From Chrysomallon squamiferum (taxonomy: Eukaryota > Animalia > Mollusca): a stretch of DNA of 64,000 nt. The DNA lies in NCBI GenBank assembly GCA_012295275.1, contig CM022670.1:27714001-27778000 (forward strand). The letters are read 5' to 3'. Shown piece after piece: positions 56,329 to 64,000 of this stretch; positions within the stretch are counted from its first letter, which is position 1, and every line of letters begins with the position of its first letter. Under the pieces are notes generated by a model, which saw only the letters and a list, made by a program, of their open reading frames with translations, made no database searches and had not been told where the DNA came from. Both the position numbers and the translations under genes were made by a program.

Positions 56329-58384
56329 GTAAGTACATAATTATAATAGGAGTTTTGGCATTTTTTCTTCCCCTCTTTTATTTAACAACTTTTTTATTTA
56401 AAGTGTTTAAATGAAATATTGATGTTGTAAACTGTTCTTTTTCAGTTTATTTAATTGATTTTGTTTTTATTTATGAGAGTTTACTTTTAACATTTAACAA
56501 GATAGTGTTTGTAGTAAATTTTAAAATTTAAATTTAAAATATATATTCACAATATCTGAAATTTATAATTTGTGTTTAACAAATTATTTGTTGTTGCTGG
56601 GTTTTATGGATGGTTAAAAGAAAAATATAATCCTATTTAATTTTGTAACGTCTTAAACAAGATATATGACAGGGCAAAGAAAGACATTTTCTGTCCATTT
56701 TGCAACTCTGGAGTAATAGAACTCAAGTTGCAAAATTTATTTAAATTCCAAACAAACTTTTTTATAGTTAAAAAAAGAAAGAGAAAAGACTAATATACCT
56801 TATTTACTATTTGTGATCCAGTTTTTAATTCTTTAGTTAATATTCTCTAGTTCTTTAAACAAGGGAACTTGGCTTTGTTTCCATAAATATGACTTGGATG
56901 AAAACAAGTCTAATTGACCTATTCAAATGACCACAATTGGCCTCATTTGTCTGGGACAAAGGAAAGAAAGAAGCCTTCAGGGAAATGAACTCTTCAAAGA
57001 TTTGTGAGTTCTGATGAGATCACTTCTTGCTGGACATGCACATTTATGAATAAAGAGGGACCTCTGCTTTATTTAACAAATGAGTCACTATGTTTTGTCA
57101 GAACTGTCTGGCATTTATGTAAATAGGCTTTGATGTGTTTTCTGATGCCATTTGTTTTATTTGTGATACATTAATTTATTAATTAAAAAAAGAAAGAAAA
57201 AAGTAGTAATAATCATGATTACGATTATCTATATTATTTAGTATCAATGCTTTATATTTAAAAATGTATTTATTTTTTTGATTAAGGGGTCAAATTTAAT
57301 TCTGTTCTTATGTCTTTGTCTTAAAAAGATTTATCTTGTGCATATAAATATAAATATTTAAAATAATTTTGATATTACTATCATAAACATCCTAAAAAAG
57401 AAAACAAATGTATGTTAATTGTTAATTATTTATGCTTGGATGATTATTAGCTAATAGGAAAGTAAAGAAGAAAAAAATTCTTTCTTATTAAGAAAAACTA
57501 ATAAAAAAACATGGTTTTTTCTGAACACCACTGAGTAAAGTCAGTTACATGCATTTCATTAAAGCATTAGATTCATGAATACCTAGCCAATATGATTTTT
57601 TTGCTTTGTTTTTATTCTTGCTCTCAATTGGATGGTTGTGAATATATCCAATATATATTACTATTACAGTTATTATTATTATTATTATTTATTTATTTAT
57701 AAGCTTAAAAGCTGCCCACTTTACTCAGAGGATTACCACATGGGCCTACAGCCCCTATAACTATAGGTTTAGAACAATATAAAACAAATTTTAAGTGGAA
57801 TGATTGTATTTAATGTCATCCAGAAGGAAGGAAATTATTTTATAGGCAATGAACCAAGTAAAAATGTGTTTCACATAACCTTCTTACATCTAATTTTGTA
57901 AGTTTTGTTTATAATTTTGTTATTCATAATAAACAGAAGTTAGGGACCCCCTAGAGCTTCCACATAGCATCAAAACACATTTTATGGTGATTAAATGCAC
58001 TATGCCATTTTCATTTATTTCAAATAAAAATGGGTTATGAACAGAAATCGTGTCTTAAGAAAGTAAATGAAATATTATGTGTGTATGTATGTTTGTCTGT
58101 AAATATATTTTATTTATTTTATTTTTAAGTAGTCCTTTTTTTAACCTTTCTTTTTTGTGACCTTATTGTTTTGTTTTTATTTACAGTATTGCCCTTTTTC
58201 TTTATACATGTTTATTTTCTTTATTTGTTTATTTTTTCCATTCCAAGTGCTGATAAATAGTTTAATTAACTGTCTTGTTAATTATGAAAATATTTATTAT
58301 CTGTCGAAATATTCCAGGGATTAATAAAACAAATACCTTACGGGAAATTATTTCATTTAAATTCTGATTAACTTTTAAAATGAA

Positions 58385-58399
58385 AGGTCATTGTGACCT
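58385..58399. promoter_or_regulatory. Perfect palindromic estrogen-response element (IR3)
   Basis: AGGTCA-TTG-TGACCT is an exact consensus ERE. The left half extends to AAAGGTCA (NBRE-like). Motif match only. Confidence 0.5.
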
Positions 58400-59344
58400 C
58401 TGATACTCCATTTCTGTTTTAGACTGTTCATACACTACTGGAAGAAAATGCTGTGATAATCTTCCAAAATTGCATGGCATTAATTCCTCCTGATTTGGCT
58501 TCTCTTCTCCACAAGAAATCAATTTTGGAGTAAACTCTAATGTGGCATCATGGAGCAGTCACTCATAACAATTACAATTAAATGCACTTTGCCCGCTGGT
58601 ACTGCCAGCCTTCTTTGATCACAGCAATGAATTAATCTTCCATTGTACAGTGTTATCCCCTGCATGGTGCTGTCTGCTTGTAGCACAGCTCATTATGTAT
58701 TTTGTTCTTGTTTTCATTTCACTCCTCTGTTGTCTGATCTTTTGAATTTAACTGTTTTATTTGAATTTAACTGTTTTGTTTGTTTTGCAGTGATAATTAA
58801 TTAGTTTTTTTCCTAATTCTTTATTATTTTTTTTATTGTTGCTGTTGTTGATATTTTTATTAATACATTTATTTGGTTTAATTTAAAAATAAATTTATAT
58901 CCTAAGTCAAAATCTGAAAACTTACAAAAAACTATGGTAACCTAGATTTTTAAATGAATAATTTATAAAGCTGGATATAATATGTGGAATTGATCTAGAT
59001 TTCTGAAATAGGGATTTTTATGATTTATTATTTTTCTTCAGCATTAGAAAATTTGTAACTGTTAGTTTATAATAACCCTATAACTTTAGTATATTAACTG
59101 ATTTAAATCTGTGATTGTCTTTTACGTATTTAAATTCAAATTTATTTTGTTAATATAAAGAATTACAAATTTATTTTATCAATTTATTATTTATAATAAC
59201 AGCATTGTAAAATGTAACAAATATCAAAGAACCATACAAATATTGTATTGATCTGTTTTAGAATGAATAACTATGACATATTAACAAATGTAAATTTATT
59301 TTTACAATAACAACAGTAAAAGAAATAATTTGTTAGTCAGTAGG

Positions 59345-59346
<2 letters not shown>

Positions 59347-59379
<33 letters not shown>

Positions 59380-59409
59380 ATCCAAATAAAATAAAATAAA
59401 ATAAAATAA
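59347..59409. repeat. (TAA)n followed by (AAAAT)n simple repeats
   Basis: Directly visible. Confidence 0.95.
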
Positions 59410-60786
59410 TATCAAATAAAAACGGTAGTATTTTTAAAAACATTATTTATTATTATTATTTTTTATACACTTTTCCCAAAATGAGAAGTACATACCATAG
59501 TCTTTTTAAAAAAAGTTTAGACTGGCTGAAATAGGAAATAATCGAAAGGATCACTGAGAAGGGTTGATTCTTTTTCCCACCATCAAGCCAGCATTCTAAC
59601 CACTGTAGTAGAGCCTACCCTACTCTGTTTTATAGTTGACTCATTACACAGTATGTTGAACACAGAGGATTTTGAATCACTGTAGAAAACAGTCTGAAAA
59701 AGTAATGAGGGTTAATGGATCTCTCACTTTGTGCAGCATTACCAGTGACCATGGTTCTTGTGGAGCTGTATTCATTAATTATTTAATGCAAAATGGCAGT
59801 TTGGAATCTATTCACAGGATCTTAATTACCTCGCTGGCTTTCAAGAGATTCCCCAGAGCACTTGGATTTTTCCTTGAATTTTGTCCATTTTGTTTACACA
59901 AGATAAAATGTTCCCTATAAAGTTAGCTGTTAGTTTTTCATGTTCAACTTTTACATTTTAGATCTGTTGTAACTAATACTGGTTAAAAGTTAGCTCATGA
60001 CATGACCACCATAATATATGTAAGCTTTTATATGCCTTCTGTTTAACTGACTATAGAATATTTTTCTATGTAAAACACACTTTTTTTGTTTAAAAAATTG
60101 TACAGTTTAATATTCTTGTTTTGCAAGTTTTGCATTCAAGTAAAATGAATAAATATTATTGAAATAACTAAAATAGTATAAATATATTTTATTTAATAAT
60201 GTGGATGGAAAATCTGTCACCTTTTGGCAGCAAATAATTTTTAAATTTATTATTATTATTATTATTATTATTTTAATGAAATAAATGTAAACATAAAAAT
60301 TATAACCAAACTGATTAAATACAGACTTCAGTTATGCTTAGAAGAAATTTAAAAAACTTTTTATTACATAAATAGCTAAGAGTGATAAAAAATGGAGTTT
60401 TGTTTGCATTAACAACTTGGCACATTTGAATGGAAATTTGTCAGTCCCAGTGATCTTTTGTTGCAAGGCATGCCTTATGTACTTGACCAATTACTGTGTG
60501 TGTCTATGGCTGTAAACTGACTGGTGAAAATGTGTGGCTTGCTGTAATTGACTTTGGCAAAAACGTGATCCTGGAAAAGTTAATCAGTTGGAAAACAAGC
60601 AATGGTTGTCACACATGATAATCTGTTGGAATTGGAGCTCCACACCTACAGTGAATAACATAATTAATCAGCTGGATGTATCTATGATGGCTGGAGAAAT
60701 TTGTGTTACTGGAACCAACTTGTCAGCTAGAATGAACCTTACCATTAGAATTTATCTGATAGTATGTATTTTAAGAAAACATGATG

Positions 60787-60793
<7 letters not shown>

Positions 60794-60818
<25 letters not shown>
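60794..60818. repeat. (AC)n microsatellite
   Basis: Directly visible. Confidence 0.95.
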
Positions 60819-61221
60819 TGCACCCAAACATGCACATACAAGAAATATTCAATCTTTTCTTATGGCTGCATTGATTTACTGTAAACTTCCTGATGGAACT
60901 AGGGCATAATATTTGTAAAAATAGTTTATAAATGAGATATAATTACTATAATTCTTTTTCCCCCATTCTTATAATCATGGTTGGAACATTTTATGCCATA
61001 CAAATTAAGGTTTGTATAAGTTACATAATATATCTTTCTTTGTTTCAGTATAATTTTCTTGCTTTCAAAAGTAATTTATTGCACTTCCTTAAAAAGGACA
61101 TTTTACAAATGAGGCAAGGTTCATTGAAGAAAGATTGAGATTTATTTATTTTTTGTTTTCTTTTATATGAATAGTCTGATAAATCTAAAAGCACAAATTT
61201 AAAGAAAAGAAGAAACGATTA

Positions 61222-61257
<36 letters not shown>

Positions 61258-63770
61258 AAATTAAAAATATATCTAAAGAAAGCAAGAAGGAAGACTGAAA
61301 AAACACTGAGTATTTAGTCAAGCTTTATTAATTGATTAATTTCTCTTTGAATTTGAGACATAGTTTGTTGGATTCAGAATGATTTATTTTTCAAGTTTGT
61401 TTTGCAAGTTTTACAATTGTCAGCAGCTCAGATAAAACAATGTTTTCATTTTCAAGGCAGCCAGCTACATCAAAGAAAGTGTTGAGCTGTAAAGTCAGTG
61501 ATTCCTCTGGCAAATTTATAGCCTTTTCATCAGCTGGTTAACCATGTGACTTAGGATGAAGTTTGTGCTGAACTTACAGATATTTTGATGAGCTGTAGAG
61601 AGAGAGAGAGTTCTAAGACTTGAGTATTGTGGGGATACTTTACATAGTTTGATTTAATATTCATACAGTGGACAGATCTTTGTACATTAACAGTGGGTGG
61701 TCTGAACAGTTGGTTCTGTTACCTTTGCTGAATGGCTAATATATTGTTCCTGACTAAACCAGACATTCTAGATTATCATTTATGGGCAGTAATCAGGCTT
61801 TGAACTATGGAGGCTGAAACCACCTGGTAGAAATATAAATACTCTACTGTTATATGGTCAATAATAATGTCTGGCTCCATTTCAACTTGTAATGTTTTTT
61901 TTAAGAAAGTGATATTTCTCTCTCTGTCTCTCTTTCACTCACACATACACACATATGCACACAGACACACAAACATACATACACACAATAATTAAATGAA
62001 GTTTAATATAACAACCTATGATTGAAATGTTTGACAAATTATATACCATAATCTCAACATTTTAATTAAAGAATGATATAATAGTTAATTATTAATATAG
62101 TGACATTAATTATATAAAGGATCTTTACACTTTTATCTTTTCTCTAAGTGTGGAGACAGGCACAGACACATTTTTCTGCCTATAACAGTTATGAAATTAA
62201 TTCTGCAGACATATTATGCAATAGTTGTTGAATTATTGGTAATTATTCTGTTATTTTAGTTATTCTTTATTCATATTACTTTTTATATGCAAATGTTTTT
62301 ATTTCATATACATACTGTCATTTTAGTGTAAGAACTGTATAACTAATAATGTTGTTATTCTGTTTTCAAAATGGTTCACACTTTATTACATAAAATACTG
62401 TCAAAATATAAAAATGGAAGATGTAATTAAAAGCTAATATCTTGAAGATAAAAACTTAGTTTTATTTGTGAGCAAAAAATCTATATTTTCAATTTATTGA
62501 TTTTTTTTTTTTTTTCATTTAAAATACTATTGTGATCTGGTTAGTGATTGTTATTACAGTATAGACAATAAAAATAATTATATTTTGAACTTGCTGTTAC
62601 ACCCAGCATGACACAAGAACAGCATTACCATTTACCAAACACTGGTGTTTTCTATGCTGTATTGATTTCTTACATTCGTGCTGGGCGAAGTGACACTAAA
62701 GAGATGGCCAGGAACAGCTATCGGGCTGCGGAGATGATTGAAGTAATCTCGCTAACTTCATGGGATTTACTTATTTCCATTTTCATTCCAGTGATACTGT
62801 GTAAAAGGTGAAAAGTGGCCGTAACAAGCCAAGCACTTGCACAGGATTTGTGTGTTTTCCATATTTATACAAATGAACTGCCGTGCTGTGAGACAATTGT
62901 CCTAAAACTACATTCACTCCCGTTCACACAATTTACTTGTTGTTCATATTTATGCAGCAGTTTGGAGCATTAGGAAACAGGTTTATATTGAAATAGTCTG
63001 CGATTGCCAATTTGATTTGTATTTGCATGCCTTAAAGATGATTTTCTTTCCTTTCTGTTGTAGAGTCTGGTAGCTAATTTAAAAAAAAAAAAGAAGGAAA
63101 AAATAAAGAGAAGTTGTTATTTATTTGTTTTCACAGGATGATATAGCTTACTGATATTAGTGTGATTTGGATTTTATGAAGTGACTAATATTTATTTATC
63201 AGTGTGCCACAGAATGCCATTTTGGCATTACTGAGTCACAGTAGGTGAAAAGAACAATGATTGAAAAAAACAACTGGTAATGGGTTTTAACACATGAGAA
63301 GTGTTTTAATGTGCTATCTGTGATTAAACAGTGTATTAACGAAGATCACATAAAATACGTTTACCATTGATATAACCCTGTCACTGATACTTCTGGCACA
63401 CAATTCACTTCATATATGAAAAATAAACCATATATTCTGAAGCTTAACACCACATATTATTTTTATTAAGTAATTATGTAAAATGTTTTTCTTTATTTTA
63501 AAAACAAAAACAAATCATTATTTTTTAATAAAAGAAATGAACACATGTAAAGATGAAGTACAATAAAATATGAATTAAAATATACAAACATTTTCTTTTA
63601 CTTTTTTAAAATCATAATTTTCTTATTCTTCTTCTTCTTTTTGTTTCTTGCATTTTCTTTTTTCTTTAATTATTTTTTTTTTTAAATTTATAATTAAGAA
63701 AAGAATTAATGCAATAGCAAAATAGGATGAGTTGTAAACCTTGATAGATCAAATTTGATAAAAAAAAAAA

Positions 63771-63773
<3 letters not shown>

Positions 63774-63803
<30 letters not shown>
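63774..63803. repeat. (TAA)n microsatellite
   Basis: Directly visible. Confidence 0.95.
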
Positions 63804-63805
<2 letters not shown>

Positions 63806-64000
63806 TGGTTATAATTTGATACCATTTTTAATTATATTTTTTCTTGTTTTCATAATATTATTTTTTAGCTGTTATGCCATTACATATAGCTGAATGATAG
63901 CCTTCAATAGTTTCAAGATAAAGTACTTTCTTATCAGTTCCCATTATAACAAAAAGCAAGCTCTTTTCTATCAGTATCCCATCAGCAAACATAACACGTG

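Noticed and set aside
57715-57965. GC-richer fragments resembling a second hAT MITE
   Set aside because: No pairable TIRs or TSD could be established.
58741-58777. Short direct duplications (19 bp here; 11 bp at ~44437; ~24 bp at 47850/47890; 10 bp at ~29541)
   Set aside because: They are real but ordinary replication-slippage products with no sign of function.
59540-59625. tRNA-derived SINE head on the minus strand (CAGTGGTTAGAATGCTGGC)
   Set aside because: Only an A-box-like motif is present, with no convincing B box, tail or TSD.
1-64000. The many short ORFs in the supplied track as genes
   Set aside because: They are dominated by F/I/L/K/Y/N from AT-rich low-complexity DNA, many use TTG/GTG starts, several translate microsatellites, and none shows a recognisable domain.
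1-64000. CRISPR array, tRNA, rRNA or known conserved miRNA
   Set aside because: No repeat-spacer array or cloverleaf was seen. Only seed-length matches to miRNAs I remember (e.g. TAAATGCACT at ~58579) occur, without a precursor hairpin. A by-eye search cannot exclude novel small RNAs.

Overview
This is very AT-rich (roughly 30% GC by eye), microsatellite-rich eukaryotic DNA with strong CpG depletion, as expected for an animal genome with gene-body methylation. A mollusc/cephalopod-like invertebrate is a guess only. I recognise no full-length protein-coding gene, RNA gene, CRISPR array or intact autonomous transposon, and nearly all ORF-track entries are low-complexity chance ORFs. The best reading is a CpG-retaining, probably bidirectional promoter zone at about 3.6-6.3 kb. 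A putative minus-strand gene runs off the left edge (candidate coding exon 168-262). To the right lies the >55 kb 5' part of a very long plus-strand gene, with several candidate alternative first exons, short mostly non-coding internal exons, and local CpG-retaining islands that may be enhancers or alternative promoters. Directly visible elements are a hAT-type MITE with TIRs and an 8-bp TSD, a decayed pogo/Tigger-like relic, several tandem duplications, a perfect ERE palindrome and a perfect DR1 element. The most unusual window-wide signal is a quasi-periodic (~0.8-1.1 kb) alternation of A/T-tract blocks and mixed-composition blocks. All gene-structure calls come from motifs read by eye and need RNA data.
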